Virus record (IMG/VR): IMGVR_UViG_3300037311_000449
Coordinates: 1 to 26,087 of that record
Length of the DNA: 26,087 nucleotides
Reading direction: 5' to 3' (one strand)
Origin: a virus
Taxonomy: Duplodnaviria > Caudoviricetes
Shown here: one piece after another, positions 7,901 to 16,434 of the stretch
How the letters are laid out: the number at the start of each line of letters is the position of its first letter
How positions within the stretch are numbered: position 1 is the first letter of the stretch
Made by a program: the position numbers and the translations under genes
Notes under the pieces: model-generated
What the model was told of the DNA's origin: nothing
The model's input: the letters and a program-made list of their open reading frames with translations, nothing else
Database searches by the model: none

Positions 7901-8682
7901 GTGACTTTGCCGCCCTGAACAAAGTTACCCATTACATCCTGTTGGCCGAATTGCTTTTGCTGCACCACCGTGTCGTAAACATACTCACCAGCCCCCGGAA
8001 TCAGGGTGATATCCTTGATCTTATCTTCTAAATCGAAGGGCTTTTTGAGCGTGCGGCGCACTTCAAACGTAAAGTTAGGAATGCGGTTGCCGTAATCCGC
8101 CAGCGGAAAATCCTTAATCACCACATAGGCCATCCCACGATAAGCGGGGGTTTGCCCTGCCGGGAAGAAGGAAGCCATAAACGTATCGGGCAACTGCGTT
8201 TCATCGCCCAGATAGAGCGTGTAGCTGCCTTGGGTTAAATCCAGTTGCTTGCTATCCGCCCACACACGCACCACTTCACTGATTGGGCCTTCGCAAATCG
8301 CCACCGCAATGCTGGCTGTGTAGGTGTAAGTCGTGGTGGTAGTTTCCACGCTGCCACCACCGCCGCCACCCTTACCACCGCCGGAGCTTTGTGTCGTGGT
8401 GGTGATATGTTCCTGAATCGGGCGTGACCAGATGATGTTTCCGGCAATCCGGGCGTTGCCATATATCAGCGGAATTGCTTTGCCATAGGTAGAGGCTTGC
8501 ACCATCAAATCGGTGATGCGTGAGCCTTCCTGACTAATGCGGGTTTTACTGCCAAAAACGGCGCGATCAACAAAACCTCCCAAATATCCGCCCACACCTC
8601 CGGCTACTGCGGCCAAAAACGTACCTGCGCCCAAGGCCGCTGCGCCTTGACTTGCCGCTGCTGCTAAAACGATTGCTGCCAT
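4966..8682 (-). CDS. Baseplate multidomain 'megatron'/host-specificity protein with GTA TIM-barrel domain (RcGTA g15-like)
   Basis: N-terminal STYGKAIPLIYG..RIAGNIIW and PAYRGMAYVV..GNRIPNFTFEV. TIM-barrel motifs IGSEL, YGGDWSEY, LDPLWSD, WFSELG..NQPNVFIDP, WTWDARPFP. C-terminal LLRGRLGTE and WIRRTR..VPLSEESERY. Confidence 0.92.
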   Translation of the reverse strand: MAAIVLAAAASQGAAALGAGTFLAAVAGGVGGYLGGFVDRAVFGSKTRISQEGSRITDLMVQASTYGKAIPLIYGNARIAGNIIWSRPIQEHITTTTQSSGGGKGGGGGGSVETTTTTYTYTASIAVAICEGPISEVVRVWADSKQLDLTQGSYTLYLGDETQLPDTFMASFFPAGQTPAYRGMAYVVIKDFPLADYGNRIPNFTFEVRRTLKKPFDLEDKIKDITLIPGAGEYVYDTVVQQKQFGQQDVMGNFVQGGKVTKLNLNNLNNKADVLVALDNLKATLPNVEWVSVVINWFSDSLDPAVSIIKPGVEFDGQGAIVTPDDWTVAGFTRTTGHAILTFPDGSPTYGGTPTDKGIVRLCQELKARGYNVLFYPMVQVDTITPQAKPWRGRITPTNATDAAGFFTRTNGYNAFIAHYANLNVGGVLLKNNIDAFMIGSELVGLTQYMSSPGVFPAVTQLKSLAATIKAAVGSGVKVMYGGDWSEYHSVNGWYNLDPLWSDANIDAVAIDCYVPLTPDLPQTQIDYQAVYDGWTQDEGWDYFWDATRTTKTFYSGPTYAWKNIKHWWNSTHTNPDASTTAWTAKMKPLWFSELGFPSVDGCANQPNVFIDPDSVESFYPRGSRGRVDFLAQRTALDASIDYLDDENALEANFIPRKFIWTWDARPFPFFPDLGSVWADGGNWKTGHWVQGKLGLSSLGQIVADLLKKVGYDSTMYDTSRLLDIVTGFVITNRQTVRSCLEQLATAYFFDCVESDGLLKFIKRGKVSNTTIDFTELVTADDSGDALTVTRTQELELPRQVDVIYLNRTADFQAGTQSSQRQTVKAVDYSTVNLPIVLSDQEAKVVADVTLYNAWVGRVSYQFTVPPKYALLEPTDVITVTKDGAAYLVRLTATKLVRNGMQEISGVAEDVSSYDFYNPAGTGTPNLQPPATISATRLELMDLPAFPTDAVTDAYLRYGVVGLGENWAGSAVYRSDDGGSNYALMQTLTAQATIGAVLNIIPAGTVYGWDNISTIDVLLTFGQLQSVTDIAVLNGANVCVIGDEIIQFQTATLLDTNKYRLSGLLRGRLGTEWAVGSHAAGERFVMLTNALARELMASSSWGISKKFKPVTIGSTLGATTPQDFAYAARALKPYSPVHLSGSRSGGDLTINWIRRTRIGGDWRDAVDVPLSEESERYEVDIMQGVTVKHTITGLTSPTVLYTAAQQVTDFGSVQSSIEVNVYQLSAAVGRGYPGVATL

Positions 8683-9110
8683 CTGAAAACCTTAATTATT
8701 TTGGATTTCCACTCGTCATCAAGCCGGTGTTCCACCACCCGGCGCGACGGTGCAAAACTGTGAATCATGCCAAGGCCGCCCTCGTAATCACTCAGGATTG
8801 CAAGGTGCTGCGGGTTTTCCCTTACCTTGAACAATGCCAGATCACCGGCGCGGGCCTCTGCGATAGGCACTTCCTCAAGCAAGCCGGTGAGCTTTTGAAT
8901 CAGATACGCACCATCCGGCTCTTTCGAGTACGTCACCTCATCATAAGCGGCCAACCTCATGCCGTTTCTGTCTTCTAATCCCAACTCCTCCACCACACCG
9001 ACAATCAGGCCGAGGCAATCACAGCCTTTGCCTTTAAGTCGCGCTTGATGATGAAACGGCGTGCCAAGCCAAGTGCGTGCTTGCGCCACAATGTTGTTGA
9101 GATTTTTCAT
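8664..9110 (-). CDS. NlpC/P60 cell-wall peptidase, tail-associated (RcGTA g14-like)
   Basis: ARTWLGTPFHHQ...GCDCLGL carries the catalytic Cys; HLAI and MIHS supply the histidines. Confidence 0.92.
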   Translation of the reverse strand: MKNLNNIVAQARTWLGTPFHHQARLKGKGCDCLGLIVGVVEELGLEDRNGMRLAAYDEVTYSKEPDGAYLIQKLTGLLEEVPIAEARAGDLALFKVRENPQHLAILSDYEGGLGMIHSFAPSRRVVEHRLDDEWKSKIIKVFRWQQSF

Positions 9111-9967
9111 ACTGTTTGCAGATCATTGGCTGTTGCAGCGGTTTGCAGCATTTTATCCATGCCGGGAACGTAAGGCTCACCCCGGAAATTCACGGCGTTG
9201 CTGAACTTGCTGAAACAGGTGTTAAAAGTTTTATCGCACCCCGCAATCGCGTTGAACGTGTCACCCGCTGCGATATTGTTAGGCATGGGCAACACCAGCG
9301 TGAACTGCTTGTTAGAGAATTCCTTAATCTCCATGCGCCGCCCAGCATTTGCACCCGTAAGCCACTGAATTTCACCGCTAGAGAAATACCCAGCGGTTTG
9401 CGTCATACTGTTGCTGATAAAAACTTGGCGGCTAGTGACGCTATCCACCGCGCCACTTACCGTATAGCTGGCAAGGTTCGCCTTGCAGCGCGTATCACCA
9501 AACACGGCGCGGCAAGTGGGGCTGTAAAGCTCCACGATATTCTGGCTTAGTTTCTGCGTCAGGCCGCGCACTTCCGCTACAAACTGGCCATTTTTCAAGG
9601 ATACTTCGCCCAGCCAGCCCCGTCGATGCGTGACAATGCCTTGGCTCAGATCGGTGACGTTCACCATGAAGATTTCGATTTCGGCAAAGTCATACTTGCC
9701 CGCCATGATATCTACTTCGGTAATCGAAGCCGCATCAAGGATTCCCGCCACATCGAGATTATCAACGCTAAACTTGTCTTTCGTTTCAATGCTGGTGGGC
9801 GAGAAGCCGGTGGCCGCTTTGTAAAGCTGGCTGCTAATCGTTAAATCGGCCGTGTGATCGGTAAATCCCATCACCACGCCGCCAACCAGCGTGAGCTTCC
9901 AACAAATCGCTATGCTGGTGACTTCCCCGGCAAGGTGCGCCGTTAAATTGGATGATGCAGTTCTCAT
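9107..9967 (-). CDS. DUF2163/BR0599 baseplate hub protein (RcGTA g13-like)
   Basis: GFTDH, CRAVFGDTRC and AGCDKTFNTC..KFSNAVNFRGEP motifs. Start moved to ATG 9967, an ATGA overlap with the upstream stop. Confidence 0.9.
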   Translation of the reverse strand: MRTASSNLTAHLAGEVTSIAICWKLTLVGGVVMGFTDHTADLTISSQLYKAATGFSPTSIETKDKFSVDNLDVAGILDAASITEVDIMAGKYDFAEIEIFMVNVTDLSQGIVTHRRGWLGEVSLKNGQFVAEVRGLTQKLSQNIVELYSPTCRAVFGDTRCKANLASYTVSGAVDSVTSRQVFISNSMTQTAGYFSSGEIQWLTGANAGRRMEIKEFSNKQFTLVLPMPNNIAAGDTFNAIAGCDKTFNTCFSKFSNAVNFRGEPYVPGMDKMLQTAATANDLQTV

Positions 9968-10566
9968 ACGCGAATCTCCACAACGGGGATTGCATCCCAC
10001 ACATAGATTCCCGGCCCATCCGCACGCACGGCCAGCGCGTCGGTATCGAAGCGCACCGGTACGTCAAAATCAAAATCTGCACTGACCACCACGCCCGCGC
10101 CGGGTGCGCTTGAGAACGTGACAACGCCGGTGGTGAGATCCACGGTGTAGCCCGCGCCCTGCAAAACCCCGTTCAAGTAAATCTTGATCGTGCCTGTGAC
10201 CGGCTTTTTGATTTCCCGGCTGTAGGTGTTGCTGCCGCTGGTGTAGAGCTTGGTGAGTTGAAACGTTGTGATAACCCCGTTGCCATTGCCAAGCACTTGG
10301 CCCACCGCCTGATAATCCGTCCAGTCCTTGAAGCGGAAGCCATACGCCTTGCCGAAACGAGCGCGGAAAAATGCCTGTAACGTATCCATATCGGTTTTGT
10401 TTTTGAGTCCTGTGGATACGTCCCAGCGGCCTCGCGCTTTTTGCCAGTTGACGTTACGCTGCTCAAAGCCGCCGAAGGTGGTGACAATGCTGGTGTTGAA
10501 CATTGGCCCGCCGGATGCGCCATAAGCGATTTTCGGCGGGAATTGCACTTCATGAAATGTTGGCAT
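9964..10566 (-). CDS. DUF2460 distal tail protein (RcGTA g12-like)
   Basis: FHEVQFP..IAYGASGGP, FFRARFGKAYGFRFKDWTDY and FDFDVPVRFDTD motifs. Confidence 0.92.
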   Translation of the reverse strand: MPTFHEVQFPPKIAYGASGGPMFNTSIVTTFGGFEQRNVNWQKARGRWDVSTGLKNKTDMDTLQAFFRARFGKAYGFRFKDWTDYQAVGQVLGNGNGVITTFQLTKLYTSGSNTYSREIKKPVTGTIKIYLNGVLQGAGYTVDLTTGVVTFSSAPGAGVVVSADFDFDVPVRFDTDALAVRADGPGIYVWDAIPVVEIRV

Positions 10567-12959
10567 TAGCTATTCCTTGTTCGATGACGCTGCAAGCTGC
10601 CGGCGAACTTGGCCATGATCTGGCCTTGGCTCTCCATGAAGCTCTGCGCGTTAGGGGTTGAAATGTTAAACGTCACGTTCGTGCCGCCTATTTTGGAATT
10701 CTTAGGCAGTACCGTTTCGCCTTTCTGCAGGATGGCTGGAAACTCATCCGGCATCAGGCCGTTGTGGAAACGCGGCGCACCGATAAAAAGATGTGCTGGC
10801 ACAGCGCGGCGGGCGGCAAGCGATTCGCCAACCACTCCACCTTCGTGAAAGAGGCTGCCGAAGATATCGCTGAAAAGACTGCCGAAAATTCCCCCGCCAC
10901 CACTTCCACCACCGCCACCAAGGGCTTGCCCAAGCGCACCGGCAATCGGGCCAGTTACATTCTCCCGAAGGAATGCCCGCAGGATATCCTGCTGAATACT
11001 CATCACCAGATCACCCAGCTTTTTCATGCTGAATTCTCCGGTAGAAACCATATCCACCAGCGTATCTTCGATTTTGGTGGCCGCGCTGCTAAATACCTTT
11101 TCGGCATTCTTAGCGGCGTTGGTTGCCTCATCCGAATAGCGGTTTAAGGCACGCGCCGCGCCATCGGCCCACTTGTTGCTGTCGAGCAGCGATCTATTGT
11201 AAATATCCTTTAATTTGATGGCGTAAATCTGCTCGATTTGCTCAAGATATTTCTGGTTGGCTTCCGTTGCTCCGCCCAAATCATCAATGAGCTTTTCCTT
11301 CCATTGATCGAGAGCTTCCTTCGCGGCATCGTATGAGGGTTTTGTTCTCAGGATTTCCTGATTGATTTGCTCAATCGCCTGTTTGTGCCGCGCTTGCACT
11401 TCCGTGGCATCTTTTGCAGCTTTTTGCTCGTCATAAATTGCAGCGGCCAACTCTGCCACCTTGTCGCGCATTTCCTGCGTGGCCGAGGGGTTGAGTTTAT
11501 CCAGTTCGCTTTGAACTGCACGCTGGCGCGGGTCGTTAATGCCTTCGATGGCTTGCCGTTTTTGCAAGCTATCAATCAGCTTTTCATTGGCTTCCGTCAG
11601 CTGGCGCGTTTCACGGGTGGCCTGCTCCAAATACTTGTCATACTTGGTTTGCGATAGCTGCTCATTCAGCTTTTTCGCCCGGTCAATCGCTTCCTTGTTT
11701 GCATCGGTTGCCAAGCCATCCAGCTGCTTATTGATGCGATCACGCTCCGCGATGATTTTGTCACCATCGGTTTGCGTAGCCTTCAATAATTCATCGGAGA
11801 GCTTTTTGTTAATGCCTTCGATTTTCTCAGCCTTGTTTTGCTCCTGCGCGACTTCGTAATCCGCCAGTGCTTTTTTCTTCGCGGCTTTTTCGGCGGCGAT
11901 TTTATCATCAATGGCGGCAAGGCGTTGCTGCGCCTGAGTATAGAACGGATTATCAACCAGATTAAAAAACAGTTGGTCAGTGCCGAAAGATTTGAACTGA
12001 TCAACTTTCTTTTGTTCAGCTTCGCGCTGCTCTGCCAGCGTGCCGCGCACTTCTTTCTGAATAGCGGCAAGCCGGTTAGAAAGAAAATCCAGTGAGGATT
12101 GCACCGCACCGCTTTCGGCAATGTTCGCACCGAAGGCTTTAAGCAGATCATCCCACTCCACGCGCAGCCGGTGCGCTGCGCCTGTAAGCCCGCCAGCTTC
12201 GCCTTCCGCCGCGCCGCCGACTTTTTCACGCACTTTTTGCAGTACGATAGCAAGGGCTTCACCTTCATTGCCCGTTTCCACGAGGCTTTTAATCATATCG
12301 GCTTGGGCGGTGGTAAATGTCACCCCAGCCTTGGAAAGCGCATTGATGTTGTTTACAGGGTCTTCGAGCAGTTTCCCGAAGCGAAGTACCACGGAATTCA
12401 GATCACTGCCCATCACCACCGATAAATCGTTGGCGAGCTTGATGGCCTCAAAGAAAGTGTCCTGACTTACGCCCTTGAAGGTAAGCAACTCAGCGGCGGC
12501 ATTCTGGATTTCTTCATTGCCGCGTAAGGTGGAGCGTTCATAGGCTTCTGCAAATTCCGCTATTTCTTCCTTGGTGATTCCCGCTGCATTGCCAGTGGCT
12601 TTCAGAACGGCTTGCAGCCGCAGCTGCGACTGCTCATATTTGGCGTATTCCTTTAAGCCTTCCACCATTGCGAAGGTAAGCGCACCAATAGCAGCGGCGG
12701 CGGCAACACCTGCCGGGCCAAGTGCTGCCAGAAATTGGCCGGTACGTCCTGCTTGCCCGCCCAATTCCCGCATCACATCGTTTGCTTGCTCACTGGCGGC
12801 ATTAAGCACCACCAGTTCCTTAGAAGCCGGTTTTGTGGCTTCACGGATTTTTTCAAGCGCACGCTGGCCTTGTTCGCCGGTGAGCGTAAGTTCACGGCGC
12901 ACCTTGTCGCCATCAACTACCGCGATCCGAATCGATATGTTCTGTGTTGCTGTCGCCAT
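10566..12959 (-). CDS. Tail tape measure protein (797 aa)
   Basis: Long helical Ala/Glu/Lys-rich protein with a lambda-like TMP N-region and C-terminal FHEGGVVG..APRFHNG..DEFPAILQKGE. Start moved to MATATQNISIRI (ATG 12959). TAATG overlap with DUF2460. Confidence 0.92.
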   Translation of the reverse strand: MATATQNISIRIAVVDGDKVRRELTLTGEQGQRALEKIREATKPASKELVVLNAASEQANDVMRELGGQAGRTGQFLAALGPAGVAAAAAIGALTFAMVEGLKEYAKYEQSQLRLQAVLKATGNAAGITKEEIAEFAEAYERSTLRGNEEIQNAAAELLTFKGVSQDTFFEAIKLANDLSVVMGSDLNSVVLRFGKLLEDPVNNINALSKAGVTFTTAQADMIKSLVETGNEGEALAIVLQKVREKVGGAAEGEAGGLTGAAHRLRVEWDDLLKAFGANIAESGAVQSSLDFLSNRLAAIQKEVRGTLAEQREAEQKKVDQFKSFGTDQLFFNLVDNPFYTQAQQRLAAIDDKIAAEKAAKKKALADYEVAQEQNKAEKIEGINKKLSDELLKATQTDGDKIIAERDRINKQLDGLATDANKEAIDRAKKLNEQLSQTKYDKYLEQATRETRQLTEANEKLIDSLQKRQAIEGINDPRQRAVQSELDKLNPSATQEMRDKVAELAAAIYDEQKAAKDATEVQARHKQAIEQINQEILRTKPSYDAAKEALDQWKEKLIDDLGGATEANQKYLEQIEQIYAIKLKDIYNRSLLDSNKWADGAARALNRYSDEATNAAKNAEKVFSSAATKIEDTLVDMVSTGEFSMKKLGDLVMSIQQDILRAFLRENVTGPIAGALGQALGGGGGSGGGGIFGSLFSDIFGSLFHEGGVVGESLAARRAVPAHLFIGAPRFHNGLMPDEFPAILQKGETVLPKNSKIGGTNVTFNISTPNAQSFMESQGQIMAKFAGSLQRHRTRNS

Positions 12960-13299
12960 GTTTTTTAACCGCTTCGCGTAAGCCTTGTTCGGCATGTTCA
13001 AGCAGACGCAGCACCGCTTGGCTGTCATAGCCAAGGGCGTGCGTCATGCTCACAATGGTTGGGATATCGAACCCAGCGATGGCACCACTGGGGTAGTATT
13101 TGAGAACGCTGCCGAGCTTTAATAACTCCCACGCCTCATGCCCTTCGCAGGTGAAAGGCTCGTTTTTGAGATACGGGCAAAATTCCCCGGTTAAAGGGTC
13201 GCTTTTGCCTTCACTGCACGGGAGTTTTTGCGCGATGCAGCCGGAGCAGTAGGAAGGCCCGCCGCTGTAGTGCCATTCACACCGGGCCTTGAGGCGTTT
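12913..13299 (-). CDS. Tail assembly chaperone GT extension (T frame, reached by -1 frameshift); not in the ORF track
   Basis: An open -1 frame of 128 codons runs from the slippery site to TGA at 12915-12913: KRLKARCEWHYSGGPSYCSGC...CPYLKNEPFTCEGHEAWELL...GAIAGFD...ALGYD...REAVKKHGD. It fills the apparent gap between the chaperone and the TMP. Confidence 0.85.
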   Translation of the reverse strand, partial: KRLKARCEWHYSGGPSYCSGCIAQKLPCSEGKSDPLTGEFCPYLKNEPFTCEGHEAWELLKLGSVLKYYPSGAIAGFDIPTIVSMTHALGYDSQAVLRLLEHAEQGLREAVKKHGDSNTEHIDSDRGS

Positions 13300-13685
13300 C
13301 CCTCGACTTCCAGCACAAAATAGGAAGTCGTGTACTGTTTCCAGAATTCCTGACCGATAAACCAGATATCCATCAGTTCCGCGACGCTTTGCTGCGTCAC
13401 CTTTGCTACTGCATCACCTTCGGGCTGCATTACGCCTTTCCATTCAATGATTGCCGCTTGCGCGAGGGCTTTCACCAGCAGGGCTTCCGATAAACCGAAG
13501 CGTATGGAATCCACATCAAGGTTGGGCTTGAGGACGCTTTCATCCTCCTGCATTTCCTTAATCTGCTTGATGACAAGGGATTGCGCGGCATTCATGATCG
13601 CCGTGGAAAGTGGGCGCACCCGCACGCGCACGCCAGATGGCAAATCCATCCAATACGGCTCTTTCTGTAGATTTAATCGTAACAT
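13191..13685 (-). CDS. Tail assembly chaperone (gpG-like)
   Basis: Lies between tail tube and TMP, starts MLRLNL..EPYWMDL..GVRVRVRPL, has RBS AGGAG, and contains a correctly phased slippery heptamer. Confidence 0.85.
   Translation of the reverse strand: MLRLNLQKEPYWMDLPSGVRVRVRPLSTAIMNAAQSLVIKQIKEMQEDESVLKPNLDVDSIRFGLSEALLVKALAQAAIIEWKGVMQPEGDAVAKVTQQSVAELMDIWFIGQEFWKQYTTSYFVLEVEGNASRPGVNGTTAAGLPTAPAASRKNSRAVKAKATL
13254..13302 (-). promoter_or_regulatory. Programmed -1 ribosomal frameshift signal (G GGA AAC plus downstream stem-loop)
   Basis: Heptamer at 13302-13296 in X XXY YYZ phase, then a 5-nt spacer, then an 8-bp stem AAGGCCCG (13290-13283) / CGGGCCTT (13261-13254). Confidence 0.85.
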
Positions 13686-13693
13686 GGTGACTC

Positions 13694-14968
13694 CTATGGA
13701 TAAGTTGCGACATCGTTTTTCAGCACGACAGTGGCCGATTTACTCAAGCCATCATCGTAAACACCCTGCCAGTTGAAGCTGGCTTGCACCCCACCGGGGC
13801 CAGTGATCGGAATGCGCGGGCGCGGCAAATACACCTCATGGAAATTCCATGTGAGTGAGAAGTTATTGCCCTCTAAACCTGCCAGCTTGTAGGCAAGCTC
13901 AAGCTCGATGGCGGTGTTGTTGATCGCGTCATCCACCAGCGTGGTATCGGCAAAGCGGGCATCAATGCTGCCGGTGATATTCACGATAGTGGGATCTACG
14001 CCATCGATTAGCCCATCGTTGCGAATGGTTGGCACAGTCTGCATGCCGTTCGCATAGGTGAACTGTGCGCCGGTGACATTGCCGAGCGCTACGCCATTAC
14101 GCTTGATTGAGCCGTTGAACTGGCTGAAAGGCTTGTAGATACGGCTGGTTGGCGTGCCGCCCTGCGTAGTGGTAAAGCGAGTTTCACCCTGCGCGATAAT
14201 GTTGAGCGTGGCATTGGCCGAGCCGGAACGCTGAAAATTCAGTGCCATCGAATTCAGCATGCAGCCGGTATGAACGAAATAGGCTGGCACGTTGGCATGG
14301 CCTATTTCAGCGGCAAATGACGGTAGAGAGGCCGCGCCGCTGGTGAAAGTATGGGTATAACCACCGCCCGACAAGGTAGCACCACTCACCACCGCGTTGG
14401 CGTTGCCAGAAGCCAGCGTGAAAGCATTGCCAACCGCACTCAGTGTATCATGCACAATGTTCAGCTTTGTGCCGCCGCCGTTGGAATAAGTGGCCGGTGT
14501 AATGCTGGCATTGGCCGAAGCGTTTAGATCGGTAGCCAGCTGCGTGAGCGTGGCGTTCAAGTTTGCCCCGATATTCGTTTGCGTGCCGGTTGCGCCGGAT
14601 GCAACGAACGTCCACACCACGCCGTTAATGGTGATCGTGTGACCCGCGCTTGGGTTGGCGGTAAACGTAATATCGCCGGTTGCGGCCACGCCAGCCGATA
14701 CAGGGTTGCCCAGCAGAAATTGAAGCCACCGCCCAAAATCACGGCCTTCCACCGGGATTACCAGATTGCCGGTATCGTTAATCACATCGCGGAAAGGCGC
14801 ACGCGGCTCACGGCCTTGCCCCAGCAAATCCGATGCAATCAGATTTTGCTCGGCGCTCAAGTCCGATGAAACGAATGCGAATTTTTCCCAGTTACCTGTG
14901 GGCTTTGTGCCGTAAGTAACTTCATTTAAGGCAAGCAATGACGCTGCCGAACCGTAGGAACGGGCCAT
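13694..14968 (-). CDS. Major tail tube protein with an inserted accessory domain
   Basis: MARSYG..E.TYG..P, SDLLGQGREP, YTHTFTSG..SLPS and VYLPRPRIPITGPGGVQASFNWQ match alphaproteobacterial phage tube proteins. RBS AAGGAG. Confidence 0.85.
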   Translation of the reverse strand: MARSYGSAASLLALNEVTYGTKPTGNWEKFAFVSSDLSAEQNLIASDLLGQGREPRAPFRDVINDTGNLVIPVEGRDFGRWLQFLLGNPVSAGVAATGDITFTANPSAGHTITINGVVWTFVASGATGTQTNIGANLNATLTQLATDLNASANASITPATYSNGGGTKLNIVHDTLSAVGNAFTLASGNANAVVSGATLSGGGYTHTFTSGAASLPSFAAEIGHANVPAYFVHTGCMLNSMALNFQRSGSANATLNIIAQGETRFTTTQGGTPTSRIYKPFSQFNGSIKRNGVALGNVTGAQFTYANGMQTVPTIRNDGLIDGVDPTIVNITGSIDARFADTTLVDDAINNTAIELELAYKLAGLEGNNFSLTWNFHEVYLPRPRIPITGPGGVQASFNWQGVYDDGLSKSATVVLKNDVATYP

Positions 14969-14992
14969 AGTTTTCTCCTTTTGAGTTTAAGA

Positions 14993-15430
14993 TTAGTTAA
15001 GCGGGTCGTTGGTGTAGAATCGCACCATCGCTTGAAGCGTGGCCGTGCGAACGCTAGGTGCGCCCTCAATCGATTCATCTTCAAATTCGGGTGATCCGGC
15101 CTCAACCCACTCAGCGAGGCCATCGAGTGTGCGATAAGTGTTAATGACGCTGCCAATATCAGCCAGCAGCGCATCCAAAGACGAATCGCGCGTTGCGGCG
15201 TCCGGGTGCTGCACCATCACTTCCAGCGTTACCAGCTGCTCGTAGATATACGTCACCGGCGAAAGTAAAACTTCCGGCTCCTCGCTGGCGCCATCCCGTA
15301 AAATGATAATGCCGCCAGAGGGGATTTTCTGCGGCTTATCGGGATTACGGTAAATGCTGATTGTCGCACTTTCTAAAATTTTCAGCTTGTTATGTAGGGA
15401 GCTGATAACCTGTTCACGCTTGCTCGTCAT
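14993..15430 (-). CDS. Putative tail terminator/completion protein
   Basis: Directly upstream of the tube gene. SKREQVI, GIIILRDG..EPEVLLSP..Y.Y and RTLDGLAEWVE are conserved in this phage type. Confidence 0.65.
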   Translation of the reverse strand: MTSKREQVISSLHNKLKILESATISIYRNPDKPQKIPSGGIIILRDGASEEPEVLLSPVTYIYEQLVTLEVMVQHPDAATRDSSLDALLADIGSVINTYRTLDGLAEWVEAGSPEFEDESIEGAPSVRTATLQAMVRFYTNDPLN

Positions 15431-16079
15431 TGGAACGCACCTCCGGCCAATTATTAAGAATGGCTTGCCCCAGCTGAGGCTGCCAAAGATTCACCACCGA
15501 TTTGTAATCGAGCCGCTTTTTCAGCTTGGCTTGCGGCACGAGGAAGAACATCACCACCGTGGTAAGTCCGCGCCCCGTTCTAAGGGTGGATTCCGAGGCT
15601 TTACGAAAACCGCCCCGTTTGCCGGTGCTGGCTCTTAAGCCATCCACCACCAGAAGCGACACCGCGCCGGGACGATACACAAAGCGCAACCGGCCAAGCG
15701 AATGCTCCGGGAAATTGGAAGGGTTAATCCGCTTGCCGCCAACGCCGCGTTTTGGTGCGGCATCGGTTGGAATGGCTAAAAACCAGCCATCCTTGCTTTT
15801 GATCACCGCGCCATCATTGAAAGCGCGAATGATTTTAGGAGCTTTGGAATATACCCAGCCCGCCGCTTCGAGTGACTTCTTGCCCTTCGGATAGACTTTC
15901 GCTTGCCAGCTTTTAGCAAGCCTTGCCCCAAGCCCTGCATTCGTCACATGTCCGCGTAAATCATCTTTGATTTTCGTGGCAATTTCCGAAACGCCCGCCG
16001 TTACCGCTGCTTCCGCTGCGTCCTGTTGTGCTTTCAGAAATTTGGTGAGGTTGCCCTGAATTGCTGCATCAAGTCGCAT
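15414..16079 (-). CDS. Neck/tail completion protein (DUF6441-like)
   Basis: Basic protein with AGLGARLA, VYSKAPKII.AF..GAVI.SKDG.FLAIPT and FFLVPQAKL.KRLD. Start moved to MRLDAA (ATG 16079). Confidence 0.7.
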   Translation of the reverse strand: MRLDAAIQGNLTKFLKAQQDAAEAAVTAGVSEIATKIKDDLRGHVTNAGLGARLAKSWQAKVYPKGKKSLEAAGWVYSKAPKIIRAFNDGAVIKSKDGWFLAIPTDAAPKRGVGGKRINPSNFPEHSLGRLRFVYRPGAVSLLVVDGLRASTGKRGGFRKASESTLRTGRGLTTVVMFFLVPQAKLKKRLDYKSVVNLWQPQLGQAILNNWPEVRSNDEQA

Positions 16080-16380
16080 AGACATCCACCTGCCAAACGA
16101 GTTGTTCGCTATCCCGGCGCGGTCTTCCTTGCGCGGAATAGGTAATGCCATCGATCATGAACTGGTCGCCCGGAACAATGGATGGGCAGTCGGCCACTTG
16201 CACCTCAAGCACAAGGCTTGGGGTTTCGATGACTGACTGCCCAATGTTCTGGTAGATATCCGGCGCACGGGTGATGACACGAACGGCCCTATTGATGCCA
16301 ATCAACGGCAGGAAGAAGGCATCTTTTGATAGGTTGCGATCATTGAATAATGCCTGAATCGCTGTAGATAACGCTGTCAT
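16069..16380 (-). CDS. Head-tail joining protein (gpFII-like)
   Basis: About 100 aa, follows DUF2190, with PGDQFMIDG..Y..QGRPRRDSEQLVW motif. Confidence 0.7.
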   Translation of the reverse strand: MTALSTAIQALFNDRNLSKDAFFLPLIGINRAVRVITRAPDIYQNIGQSVIETPSLVLEVQVADCPSIVPGDQFMIDGITYSAQGRPRRDSEQLVWQVDVYAT

Positions 16381-16434
16381 GGATGTTTTCCTGTGGAGTT
16401 AATCGATCAATCGGGATTTGGGCTATTTCACCCG

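Noticed and set aside
4001-10566. Interpretation of the locus as a gene transfer agent cluster
   Set aside because: The head genes are lambda-type, the tape measure is long, and lysis and modification genes are linked, all of which fit a phage better than an RcGTA cluster.
11783-12268. 161-aa alternative-frame minus-strand ORF inside the tape measure gene
   Set aside because: Its Lys/Arg/Ser-rich composition is typical of an off-frame reading of Ala/Glu/Lys codons, and it has no evident RBS or motif.
12960-13034. Cys-containing N-terminal extension of the TMP in the ORF track (MAMTAKRCCVC...)
   Set aside because: It overlaps the GT T-frame. MATATQNISIRI at 12959 is the more plausible start.
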